Below the pieces are notes generated by a model. That model was not told the DNA's origin. It did no database searches and saw only the letters and a list, made by a program, of their open reading frames with translations. From contig CBFFRQ010000057.1 of the NCBI GenBank assembly GCA_965644315.1, positions 667,018 through 731,017 on the forward strand: a stretch of DNA of 64,000 nt, given 5' to 3'. The position numbers and the translations under genes are program-made. Shown here piece after piece: positions 35,138 to 45,168 of the stretch (position 1 is its first letter; the number at the start of each line of letters is the position of its first letter). This DNA comes from Caecitellus pseudoparvulus (taxonomy: Eukaryota > Protista > Bigyra: Bicosoecida).

Positions 35138-35163
35138 AATGCATGTCCACCTCTGCTGCTGGT

Positions 35164-35536
35164 TCAGTCGTTCTTCGTATTGGCGCCCCCACGAAGGCGC
35201 AGACGCCGCTTCATCTGCGAGTGGGAAGTGTGCGGAAAATGGGCCGCTGCTGCCACCACCAGACTGGGCCACTGAAGACGAACGCGGGGCGCTCACCTTC
35301 TTGTACTTGTGCTTGTTCATCATTTTACCACGGCGGCGCTTCGTGCTGATGCTCCTCGTGATCCATTCCGTCCCAGGGGCGCTGGGAGCGGACGCTGTCG
35401 CTTGCCCAGAGGCACAGGACACAACGTGGAATGCCTCCACAGGCACAGCCCGCGCTTGCTGCGCTGGCAGCCACATTTTCTGAATCGCCGCGCGTGCCAA
35501 GCAAGCACTGCGCATGGCAATTGCAGTCGCGGACAT
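35164..35536 (-). CDS. Mitochondrial ribosomal protein mS38 (Cox24/AURKAIP1-like); intron 35215-35296
   Basis: Transit-like N-terminus, then STKRRRGKMMNKHKYKK|MKRRLR across a GTGAGC..CGCAG intron. Confidence 0.8.
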
Positions 35537-35878
35537 TCTCGCTGGTCGGGCCGAGGTGTGCAGAGACTGCGAAGCAGCCGGGTCTCCGCCCCTTGGGACA
35601 CAGGCGGGAGAGGAAGATCACAACAGGCAAAGCAACCTGGCGCATTGGAAGATCTACGTGTCATTGAATTTGACGCTGGGGGCAGGAATAGAGCCAGCGG
35701 CCAGCAGCGCCTGTGCTGACCGGCGCTCTTCCTTGCAAGGGTCAAGGACGGTCAAAGGGGCCCTGCTGACAGCCACTGCTACGGATAAGTGCACACCCTC
35801 TGGCCCTGGCAGCATGGGCACTGCAATCCTCGCGCAGTTTGTGCGGGGGCTCCCCAAGCAGTGCGGAAATTGCCACCC

Positions 35879-36232
35879 TCACACGTAGATGTGCACGAGC
35901 GCGAAAGCGAGCGTCCAGAACATGATGAAGGTGACGAGCTGCTCAAGCAAGGAGCCAGTCCACAACGAGAAGGCAGAGGCCTGCCAGTACTTCCCCAAGT
36001 CCCCTCCAGCCTTCAGCAACAAGACGACCACTGCGATGGCCTGTACCACTGCGTAGACAGCGAAGCCGGCCAGCCCTGTGAAGCCAAGAATTCCGGTAAC
36101 GATGCCACCCGCAACAGTCAAGATGGCCTTCACCATCATCATGGTCTTCATGTTGCTCTGCAGCGCGATGGGGTCGACCTTAGCGTTGGGGGCACTTGCC
36201 CCTGCCGCTGGGGCGGCACCTGGCATGGCCAT
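35879..36232 (-). CDS. EMC6: ER membrane protein complex subunit 6 (Rab5ip family)
   Basis: AGGIVTGILGFTGLAGF and TFIMFWTLAFALVHIY motifs. Confidence 0.9.
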   Translation of the reverse strand: MAMPGAAPAAGASAPNAKVDPIALQSNMKTMMMVKAILTVAGGIVTGILGFTGLAGFAVYAVVQAIAVVVLLLKAGGDLGKYWQASAFSLWTGSLLEQLVTFIMFWTLAFALVHIYV

Positions 36233-36382
36233 TCTGTTGTCCGGGCGTATTGTGACGGCGAATACGGCAAGTGCGTCGGCAGAGCGGGCGCGAGGGGTGT
36301 GCCACTGGCGTTCCGACGTTCACTAGAGACGTAAATTTGAGGCAGCCACACGCTTGACTGCTTGCGGATCCCCGGCCTGGCA

Positions 36383-39300
36383 TCACGGATCACTGGCAGC
36401 TTGTCCCGCCGCCAGATCGGGGTCACCAAGGTACTGTGCTGGCAGAGGCTGGGCCGCCGAGGGTGCAGGCGGGGACTGGGCCCACACAGATGGAAAGTGG
36501 GCAACATCAGAGGCATCCACTGCATCATGCAGCGCCCACCATTTTCGCAAGGAGGCCTGCACCTGCGCAGGCAGCATGGCAGACATGTCCACCACACGAG
36601 CCATGGTCTGCAGCTCTGCCGAAGCGGCGCCGATGCTCTGAAGGTTGAAGCGGTAAGAACTGCCGGAAGGGATGGCAGCCTGCCCCTCTGGCACGTCGTG
36701 TGTGTGGAAGACGGCTTGGTGCGGTGGCGGAGCTTTTGGGTGCACCGAGCGGATGGCAGTTATCAGCAGGCGCCTAGACGGCGTGCGGAGTTGGCTGCGC
36801 AGCGCGCCGGGGACCTTTCCTTCAGAGGGCCCTGACCAGAGCCAAGATAAGATTGACGTCTCGTGTGGCGGAGGGACGGGGGTCGCTTGGGATCCTTGGT
36901 GGGACTCAGTGGGCGGGGGCGAAACGTGCGTAGCGCAGAGTCCAGCGTCGATCGTTCGCTTGTTGCCAGGGGCAGCCAGGGGGGCCAGGGGCATGAACGC
37001 ACTATCGTAGAACTGCAAGACCGCACTGGGCGACAGGCTGTGGCTCGAACGGACAAGCTCTAGGGCCTTGGCGAAGTCGTGCTCTCCGGAGGCGACCTGC
37101 CGCAGAGCGCGCGTCGCGAACGCCCCCCAAGTCTTGGGGGGTTGCAGCCACTGTCGTCTGAGCACCTTGGCAATGGCCAGCAGGGGATCATCGCTGTCCA
37201 AGGACGTCTGCAGCTCCTCGCGGAACGCAGCCAGGAAGGCGTGGATGCGGGACTCGATGTAGGCGGGCGTAGCCACAGCAGATTGCACCCGCAGCCTGAA
37301 CAGCACTGCCCCAGCAGACAGGGACAAGCCAGAGTGCACAATGTACCCGAGCTGCTCTTTCGTGCGGAGGGTGTCGAACGCACGTTGACGCATGAGCTGT
37401 GCAATGATGCTGCCAAGCGCGAGAACATCTGCGTCGGCGCTGCAGCCGAGCTGCCATGTGAACGAAACAGCGCAGTTGGCATCAGCAGGATTGGAATGGG
37501 GGCGCACAAAGCGGAAGTCTCCTGGGGGGAGCTGAAGCATTGGACTCTTGAATGAAAACGATTCCAGGGTGGGGATGGGGCCGCTGCTGTCGCTCCCCGC
37601 ATCCGGCAGCAGCTCACAGATGCCCGACGCGAGGGTGCGCGCAGTGTCAACAACAGATGCCGCTTCGACGTCTCCGACAGCGGCGACATCCGCAATGAAG
37701 GAAGGTCCATCGTGCGCTGCATCTGCGCCCCAAACGAGTCGCAGCTCTGCTTCCAAGTCCTCCGTTCCAGCTGCTTGCAGTGCTTCCAAGCTGGCGTCAA
37801 CACCAGCATACTCCTCGACCAGCAACTCGCTTGCCAACTCCACGGCAAGGTTGTGAGGCTGCCCTAGCTTCTTGTTGGCAAGCCCGCGCAACAAGCGGTC
37901 CTTGTGAGTCTCCCACAGCGGCAGGAGCTCAGGCAAGCGCCGAGGGGATGCGAGGGTTAGCATGCGCTGCGCGAAGGCGGCCAGTTTGTCGCTGAAACCA
38001 GCAAACTCCATGGACACAGTTGACGAGCCCAGAGACACACGTCCTTGCATACCAGCGAGCTGCGCATCATACGTCTCAAGACTTAAGCTGTCGCTGAGCA
38101 TGCGGTTGAAGACCTCCCGCACAACCTGGCGCTTGGGCGTTGCAGCACACGCCCGACGAGGCAAGTGCAGCGTCATTGCAAGGGCAGCCTTGGGCAGCCT
38201 GAAGTGTGTGTCCGGAACATACCAAGCACGCATGGGCACGGAGCCTTGCCACCCCACGTGCACGCAAGGAACGGTCATGGGGAACGGCATGTCCTGGGCA
38301 GGCCAGCCAGAGCAGGGCAGGTCCAAAGCGCTTTGTGCTTTGTCGGCAGACATGTCAGCAGCCTGGAACCCTCGGGTGGCGCCTCCACCTGGCGGTAGCA
38401 ACGGTGGAGCGACGAGGCTCGTGCGCTCGGGCAGGAGGTCATTCTTGTGCGGCAAGTGAAGGGGCAGCCCCTCTCCAAACCCTGCACCCGAGGGCCACGC
38501 CCACCACCGAGCTGGAGACATGTCACCGTCCCCCAAATCCGCCCCCTCCAGCACTGGGAGCAGCAACGAGCCAAAAGCCGGGTGCGCTTGCATCGCCGTC
38601 GCGCCTTCTGCAGTCTCTGCACCCCATGTCGCAAGCTCGGCTTCAGTGAGTGAGCGGGCAGAGTAGCGGGCGCCGAACCACGGCTCGACGAGGTCTGCCT
38701 CCTCCGCCCAGGTGGGGCTTGTGCGCACGGTGATGGAATTGTGGGGAACCAGCCCTTGCAGCGCCTCCTGCACATCCCGCACAGGCAAGCTCTCTGCCAT
38801 GGCATAAGGGCCCCACTGAGCGTCGGCCGGGGAGTAGTGCTGCAGACGTGCTGCCAAAGTGCGAGCTGTGCTGTAAGCATCCGCCGGTGATTGGAATGCA
38901 AAGGAGACGCAGTTCATGTCACGCACATCGCCCCAAATGTAGTCTGGCAGTGTGCAGGGCTCACCAGGCGCACCAGCCACCCCCCGCAGCATGGCGATGT
39001 AGGCGTACACCGTCTGCACTACCTCCTGCCACGCAGCTTCCCCCTTCAGGGTCAGGGTCACGGTGACCGTGCAGTTGGACGCGTAGGAGGTACTGGCCGT
39101 GGATGCTGACAGCCCCGTGGCTAGCCCACGGGCTTTCAGGCTGGCGAGGATGGAGCCTTCACCTTCATGCCCGAGCAGGTGAGAGAGAAGCCGGTGCGGC
39201 TTCTGCAGGTCGCCCTGTGGCCGGGCAGGCAGCGGCCACTGGATGTGCAGCGAGCGGACGGCCTTTACAGGGTTCACAGTCACCAGTCTGCCGCATTGGG

Positions 39301-40237
39301 GCAGCTTGAATGGCATGCCGTGGGCGGAGAAATCGGGCGGGTGCGCAGCTGGGTTTCCACGCACGGCGGAGAAGTGCTCCTGCACCAGCTCCAGGAGCTT
39401 CCCCGTGTCCTCTCTACCACAAACGGCCAGCGTCATGATCCCAGCATCGTAGTGCTGGGCGTACCACTGCATCATGCGCTCCCGAACGTCGATGCCCCGA
39501 CTCTCAGGGCCTCGCTGCAAGGTGGCTGCGTTGCCACTTCCGAACCGGTTGAAGGGGTGCCCCGGAGCAGCCAAGCTGCGCATGAGCTGGAACTTGCGCC
39601 GGCTGTCCAGCTGCAGGTTCTTGCTGTACTCTGACTCCACTGCCGCAACCTCTCGCTGTGTCGCTGATGCCGTGAAGAGAGGGCAGGTGAAAAAAGCAGC
39701 GAAGCGGGCCAAGGCGCCTTCGAGGAAAGGCGCCTGCACTTTGAAGTGGTACTGCGTGCGCTCTGTGCCTGTGGAGGCGTTACTGCCTCCGCCATGCTCC
39801 AGCAAGTACCTCTTGTACTCCCCTTCGACAGGAAACTTCTCTGTTCCCAGGAAGAGCATGTGCTCCGTGAAGTGGGCGAGCCCAGGCAGGTCCTCGGGGT
39901 CGCTCATGTTGCCCACGCCCACTGCCAGACATGCGCCCGCGATCGTCGTGTCTGGGTCAGACACTGCAACCACACGCAGCCCGTTAGGCAAGGTCAAGCT
40001 AGCGAATTCCCTGCATTCGCCTAAGGGGAGCCGCATGCCCCCCTCGTCCTGAACAGCGCAGGCAGGAAGCGGGAGCCAGTGACTGAAGGCAAGGTTGAGG
40101 TACTTCGCCCCTAGCTGTTCACGCACGATCTTGAAGGGGGTGAGGGTGCTCATGGTACGAAAGGGGACAAAAAAACGACGAGATAGTGGCCCAAAGGCGC
40201 GAAAGGGTGCCGTGCGTGCTGAGATCGGCCGTAGCAT
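36383..40237 (-). CDS. IDE: Insulysin/pitrilysin (M16A metallopeptidase); probable in-frame intron 40049-40126; alternative ATG at 40153
   Basis: LPNGLRV..VSDP, GLAHFTEHMLFLGTEKFP (HxxEH), HLLGHEGEGS and FDTLRTKEQLGYIV motifs. Confidence 0.9.
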   Translation of the reverse strand: MLRPISARTAPFRAFGPLSRRFFVPFRTMSTLTPFKIVREQLGAKYLNLAFSHWLPLPACAVQDEGGMRLPLGECREFASLTLPNGLRVVAVSDPDTTIAGACLAVGVGNMSDPEDLPGLAHFTEHMLFLGTEKFPVEGEYKRYLLEHGGGSNASTGTERTQYHFKVQAPFLEGALARFAAFFTCPLFTASATQREVAAVESEYSKNLQLDSRRKFQLMRSLAAPGHPFNRFGSGNAATLQRGPESRGIDVRERMMQWYAQHYDAGIMTLAVCGREDTGKLLELVQEHFSAVRGNPAAHPPDFSAHGMPFKLPQCGRLVTVNPVKAVRSLHIQWPLPARPQGDLQKPHRLLSHLLGHEGEGSILASLKARGLATGLSASTASTSYASNCTVTVTLTLKGEAAWQEVVQTVYAYIAMLRGVAGAPGEPCTLPDYIWGDVRDMNCVSFAFQSPADAYSTARTLAARLQHYSPADAQWGPYAMAESLPVRDVQEALQGLVPHNSITVRTSPTWAEEADLVEPWFGARYSARSLTEAELATWGAETAEGATAMQAHPAFGSLLLPVLEGADLGDGDMSPARWWAWPSGAGFGEGLPLHLPHKNDLLPERTSLVAPPLLPPGGGATRGFQAADMSADKAQSALDLPCSGWPAQDMPFPMTVPCVHVGWQGSVPMRAWYVPDTHFRLPKAALAMTLHLPRRACAATPKRQVVREVFNRMLSDSLSLETYDAQLAGMQGRVSLGSSTVSMEFAGFSDKLAAFAQRMLTLASPRRLPELLPLWETHKDRLLRGLANKKLGQPHNLAVELASELLVEEYAGVDASLEALQAAGTEDLEAELRLVWGADAAHDGPSFIADVAAVGDVEAASVVDTARTLASGICELLPDAGSDSSGPIPTLESFSFKSPMLQLPPGDFRFVRPHSNPADANCAVSFTWQLGCSADADVLALGSIIAQLMRQRAFDTLRTKEQLGYIVHSGLSLSAGAVLFRLRVQSAVATPAYIESRIHAFLAAFREELQTSLDSDDPLLAIAKVLRRQWLQPPKTWGAFATRALRQVASGEHDFAKALELVRSSHSLSPSAVLQFYDSAFMPLAPLAAPGNKRTIDAGLCATHVSPPPTESHQGSQATPVPPPHETSILSWLWSGPSEGKVPGALRSQLRTPSRRLLITAIRSVHPKAPPPHQAVFHTHDVPEGQAAIPSGSSYRFNLQSIGAASAELQTMARVVDMSAMLPAQVQASLRKWWALHDAVDASDVAHFPSVWAQSPPAPSAAQPLPAQYLGDPDLAAGQAASDP

Positions 40238-40434
40238 GCGCCTGCCGTTGTGGAGCGGAGAAAGGACTCCAAGCAAGCGCTGGGGGGCACCCGCTTGCGC
40301 TCGACGGGAGTCCACGATTCCTTCTGCAAGCAAAAGGCAAAATGCGCATCATACTGCGCCAATCAATTTTGCTGTGTTTGGAATTTTCCGTCTTGCCGGG
40401 GTCCTGTGGTTCACACTCAGAGGTGGGGCGTGAC

Positions 40435-42186
40435 ATGGAGCTGCCAAAGTGGGATGACATCTCGGAGCCTGCAGCCCACTCACTGCCCCCTCACCACATG
40501 TTGCCCTGTGTGGCGTCACGGAGTGGTTACGCTGATTCAGCCAGGCCCACTGCGCAGCCTCAAACACCAGGCAGCAGTGGCAACTTGCGGAAATTGCAAG
40601 CTCCCCCAACGCCCAGCACAGTGAGCTCCACAGAAACGTCGCCCTCAGCTGCCCGCGTCGCACAACTGGCAAAGATGGGATTGACTAAGTTCTCCCATCT
40701 ACTTCAGCATCCGGCAAATTCCAGCGCCTCTGTGCATGAGTTTAGGTTTGCAGGGCAACCAACCGCTGGCTACCTGCACAAGTCGCCTGCTGCTTCTCGC
40801 GCCCGCTCCCAGCCTCAACTGCCCGACAGCGCCTCTGACACCAGTTTCTTCAGCACATCCACACTTCCCCTGCCCTCTGGCGCTGGTCTTTCAGGGGTGT
40901 GGAATCGCAGTGCTTTGCCAGCTGCCTCTCGGGCCCCCACCCACGCTGCCGATGCGATGCAGGCTGCCTGGACTGGAGCGCACCGGGCTTGCGAGTCAGC
41001 CCAGGAGTGGGTGGACAAGTGCAGAGCAGCGCTGACCCTGAAGTCAGCACCCGCCGCTGGCCGCACCCCCCAAGACACTAGCAGTGAAGGAGGCAGCTTG
41101 TCGGAGGTCCAGGTGTTGGACATGCCAGCCCTGTCTGCTCGCCTGCAGCGCCTTGAGCGCGAGTGCGAGCAGCTTTACAGCTGTCAGCAGCGGTGGTATG
41201 CAAGCACTATTGCGCAGTGCTCTCGAAAAGAACGTTTGGCGGTGGAGCGGGCGGTCGCGGAGGCCGTCGAGGGCACCGCCGCATTGTCCACTGCCGAGCA
41301 GACCCGCTTGCAGCGCCGGCTGGAAGCGCAAGCGGTGGCTCTCAAACGTGAGCAGACAGAGAAAGCCAATCTGGAGGTCCGGCTCCGTGAGTGGGAGGAG
41401 AGCGTCTCGCAAGCGGGGGAGGCTGAGGAGGCTCTGCGCGGAGAGCTGGCTGAAGCAAAGGAAACGGCCAGCGCGGCTGGCAGTGCAGAGCAGGAGCTGC
41501 GGCAGGAGTGCGCGAGATTGAAGGGCAGCTTGGCTCGTGCCGAAGGCGACCACCAGCATCTCGCAGAGAAGCTGCAGGCTGCGCGCAGCACCATCTCAGA
41601 GCTCCGTGCTGCGATAGCGGAGCGTGAGAAAGATCGGGAAAAGCCTTCCACCGTGACACAAGCTCAAGCCGCACAGGCCGAAGCGGCGACCGAATCAACT
41701 GTGCAGGAAGGAAGGGAGAAGCTTAGGCAGGTGCGCTTCGCCGCGGCCGCTTCCTTGCAGCAGTGCGGCACCGCTGTGAGGGAGGTCCTTGAGTCGGTGC
41801 GACAGCACCTTGCACGCCTGCCTGCTTTCCTGCCCGCACATGCAGCCCAGGGCATGGCTTCTGCGTTGGAGCAAGCACGGACCGACTGCGACGTGCTGCA
41901 TGCATCCATTTTAGTGGCAGCCCACTGCTTCCGCCAGGGACAGCTGCGAGACGTGCCGCACATTGAAGTCAAACCGGCCACAGTTGTGCCCGAGCCTGCC
42001 AACCAACAGCCTCCAGCCCGAGACGAAGACACGCTTGAGCATACCCCAGCCAGTGCTGCATTGCTTTCACGTGCGATTGATGCTTCTCTCCCCGAGCAGA
42101 GCAGCGCCATCGCTACATCTGTGCGTACAACTCGGTATCTTCGGCAGCTTGAGGCGTACCTGCAGCAGGCTGGCAGCACAAGTTAG
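40435..42186 (+). CDS. Coiled-coil hypothetical protein
   Basis: Long ORF with an extended E/A/R/Q heptad region. Confidence 0.65.
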   Translation: MELPKWDDISEPAAHSLPPHHMLPCVASRSGYADSARPTAQPQTPGSSGNLRKLQAPPTPSTVSSTETSPSAARVAQLAKMGLTKFSHLLQHPANSSASVHEFRFAGQPTAGYLHKSPAASRARSQPQLPDSASDTSFFSTSTLPLPSGAGLSGVWNRSALPAASRAPTHAADAMQAAWTGAHRACESAQEWVDKCRAALTLKSAPAAGRTPQDTSSEGGSLSEVQVLDMPALSARLQRLERECEQLYSCQQRWYASTIAQCSRKERLAVERAVAEAVEGTAALSTAEQTRLQRRLEAQAVALKREQTEKANLEVRLREWEESVSQAGEAEEALRGELAEAKETASAAGSAEQELRQECARLKGSLARAEGDHQHLAEKLQAARSTISELRAAIAEREKDREKPSTVTQAQAAQAEAATESTVQEGREKLRQVRFAAAASLQQCGTAVREVLESVRQHLARLPAFLPAHAAQGMASALEQARTDCDVLHASILVAAHCFRQGQLRDVPHIEVKPATVVPEPANQQPPARDEDTLEHTPASAALLSRAIDASLPEQSSAIATSVRTTRYLRQLEAYLQQAGSTS

Positions 42187-42238
42187 AGTCACTTGCATTG
42201 CACTGATGAACACGCGGGGAGGACGAGAATGCGCTTCG

Positions 42239-43877
42239 TCAGGCGTCCCCCACCGCAGCGGAGGCAGGAGCGCCGATGGGGCTGGCGGAGCTTCCTCCGG
42301 GCGCCCGAGAAGAACCAGACACACCAAACGCAGCCACAGGGTGCCCTGTGCCGTGGACGGGGGTAAGAGGGGAAGCTTGACGTGCACCCGAAGCTGCAGA
42401 GGCGAGGCGCTCCGGGTCTGTGCCGTTGCCAGCACTCTCGTCCCGGACCGTCGAGTGGGGTGGTCCGGGATGACCCTGTGTTGCTGAGGGACTGGAGAAG
42501 ACGTAAGGAACGTAGTCTCCAAACAGACCCAGAGCCAAGGCAGCATTGCACCACACTCGGTATGCTTGTCCCAGGGTATCTAGCAGTTCGTGGATGTCGT
42601 CTGTAAGTCGAAACACCTCCACGCCAGCACCTACGAGAGTGAGCACCTGTGGCCCCCCGGTGATGATGACATACTTGAGTTTGCGGCGCATGTCGTCGCT
42701 CAGAACCACTCGAATGCGCTGGTCTGTCAAGAAAAGCAGCAGCTCTGAAACCAGCTTGCGGTCTCGCTGGCTTGACTCCTCTGTGGCGCCGCCGCTTGTG
42801 GCCTTGGCTTCGCAGAAGTCTGGCACCGCAGGCATTGAGCCATGGGCGAAAGAATTCGCAAGCTGCTGTGCTTGTGTGCTCATGCGACCCCATGCTGTGA
42901 GGGGAGCCGAGGGCTGGGCTGTCAGGGGCAGATGGTGTGGTCCACGCGCTGCGAGGGCTTCCCCAGCTGCCACGAGGGCTTGCCCGCCTCGGCTCGGGGC
43001 AGCGTGCGCCATGCGAAAGTACGGGTTACTGGGCACTTTCGGCAGGACAGGGCCAGTCCCCACACTATACATCGCCTCATGAGCGCTGCTGTCAGCCAAC
43101 CCCCTGGAGGTATCGAAGAGATCGGCTGAGTCTGGCTCTCCATCCCCCCGCCCGCTGAACCTGGGCTCCAACGCGCCGACTCCCATAGCCTCATTGATGC
43201 GAGCGTAGCGCTTGCCGTTCCGGTTTCGCACTTTGGGCCGCGCTTTGAGGTTCGGGTTCGCCTCTTTTGGGATGTGCAGCACAGACCCCACGGCAGCTGC
43301 GGACGCTCGGGAAGTTGGCAGCACCTGATCGCTGGAGGCCGATGGCTGGGGGGACGGAGGAGGCACAGTGGAAGCGCCCTGCGAGTCTGCCGCTTCAGCT
43401 GCTTTGCGGCGCTTGGCTGTGCCGGCATCTGCACTGCCACCGCCACGGCGCCTGCTCTTTTGTCTTTTCTTCTTCTCTTGCGGTGCCTGGTCGTTGAGGC
43501 CCTTGTACACGAAGTTTAGGTACCGAAGCTTTCCTCGCTTGATTGCTTCGATGTCGTATGCCTTGGCTGCTTCGTCCTCTGTGTCGAAGTCACCGATGGT
43601 GTACTCCACCTGCGCGGGCGGAAGCTTACTGCCATGTGCGAGCAACGCAGCGCCGATCGTGCAGCCTGTGGTCCCTCCGAGCCACCCTCACACACAGAAA
43701 TGCAACGCTGTGACACACCTTATCGATGCAGATGCGTGCTCGCCACCGGTTTCCTTGGCTGCTTACCCCCCGGTATGCGCTACTCGACTTGGCGCTGCGC
43801 GAGGGAATGCTCGGCTTTGCGTTCACGTTGCGCGCCACGATCTGCAGGACCGAGGGCACGATGGAAGCTTGTTCCAT
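42239..43877 (-). CDS. AP2/ERF-domain DNA-binding protein; intron 43610-43718
   Basis: The spliced domain SSAYRGVS..GNRWRARICIDK|VEYTIGDFDTEDEAAKAYD.EAI..G...LNF is followed by a basic NLS. Confidence 0.88.
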
Positions 43878-44214
43878 GGTGGCAACGAGGCACACGAAGG
43901 AGGAGGAGTCAAGTTCCCCCGATTTGCTGTTGGATGCGCCAGCTGGGGCCGCTGCGTCGACAGCTGGAAAGCCAGCTGCGTGGCCACGCTTTTTCCGCAA
44001 GGTCACACTGGCTAGTGCTTGGCTGAGGCAGAAAGCACGGGGCTTGTGGAGCTGGGGGGGGGGGGGGGTGCATGGAAAATGGCACAAAGCACCACCATTC
44101 ACATTTCCTCCACACCACCCAGCCCTGAGCCAGTCTCCTTTCACAGCATCGGGGGGCACGGACACCCTCCGCGACGGCTCGACGCAAGTGAGACGTACCC
44201 TCCTCAAATCCACC

Positions 44215-45122
44215 ATGAGCAAGCGGCGCCGCGGCATGAGCCTGGAGGAGAAGCGGCAAGTGATGCTGGACATGCTGCAGGAATCAAAGGAGCCCTTTCT
44301 TCTGAAGGAGCTCGAGAAGCTTGGCGGGAAGAAAGGTGTCGGTGGGTAGGAGCGACGCACTGCATGTTGTCTGCGGAAGTTGGCAGGCACGAGCCTCCCC
44401 TTGAGGCCCAGTGGTGCAAAGCATCAAAGAGGTGCTGCAATCGTTGGTGGATGATGGACTGGTGGACTTGGAGAAGATTGGAATCCAGAACTTCTATTGG
44501 TCGTTCCCCACAAAAGCCCTTGTGAAGGTGAGGCAAGCCCAAAGCAATGGCGCAGCAACGCCTCCACACACCACGCCGACCGCTGGCGGCTCCCTTCTCC
44601 CAGCTCACTGCCAAAAAAGAGGAGGCCCAAGAGAAACTTGATAGTGAGCTCTCTCGAGTGGAAGAATTGAAGGGCGAAGTCGCGGCCTTGGCGGCCGAGC
44701 GCACAGAGGGGGTGAGGTGACGTGAGGGTTTGGGCGCAAGGGCTGGCCAAGGCTTCACGCGTCTGCTTTGCCCACCTTCTCGCACAGGACGAGCGCTCAG
44801 ACAAGCTGGCCCAACTCGGTGATCTGCGAGCAAAGAAGCGCAGACTGGAAGGACAAGTCCAGGAACAGCGCGCAAACGACCCAGAGACGCTGAAGGCACT
44901 TGGAGAGGACGTCGCGAAGGCAAAGGATGCAGCCAATCGATGGGTTGGTGTGTGCTGGCAGGCGTCCGTGTGCCAGCCACAGCACCACACTGTCTTAGCC
45001 TGGCCCCCTTCACAGACAACATATTTACGCTCAAGTCCTACTGTGTAGAGAAGTTCTCCATGGTGTCGTCCGAGTTTGACAAGGCTCTGGGCCTGCCAGC
45101 TGACCTGGACTACATGACGTGA
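44215..45122 (+). CDS. MND1: Meiotic nuclear division protein 1; introns 44342-44411, 44528-44603, 44712-44787 and 44948-45015
   Basis: GMSLEEKR..FLLKELEK, VVQSIKEVLQSLVDDGLVD.EKIG..NFYWSFP and AKDAANRWV|DNIF motifs. Confidence 0.93.
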
Positions 45123-45168
45123 CCCACACACCACCACCCTTGATTGAATGCATTGCCTTGTTTGGGCC

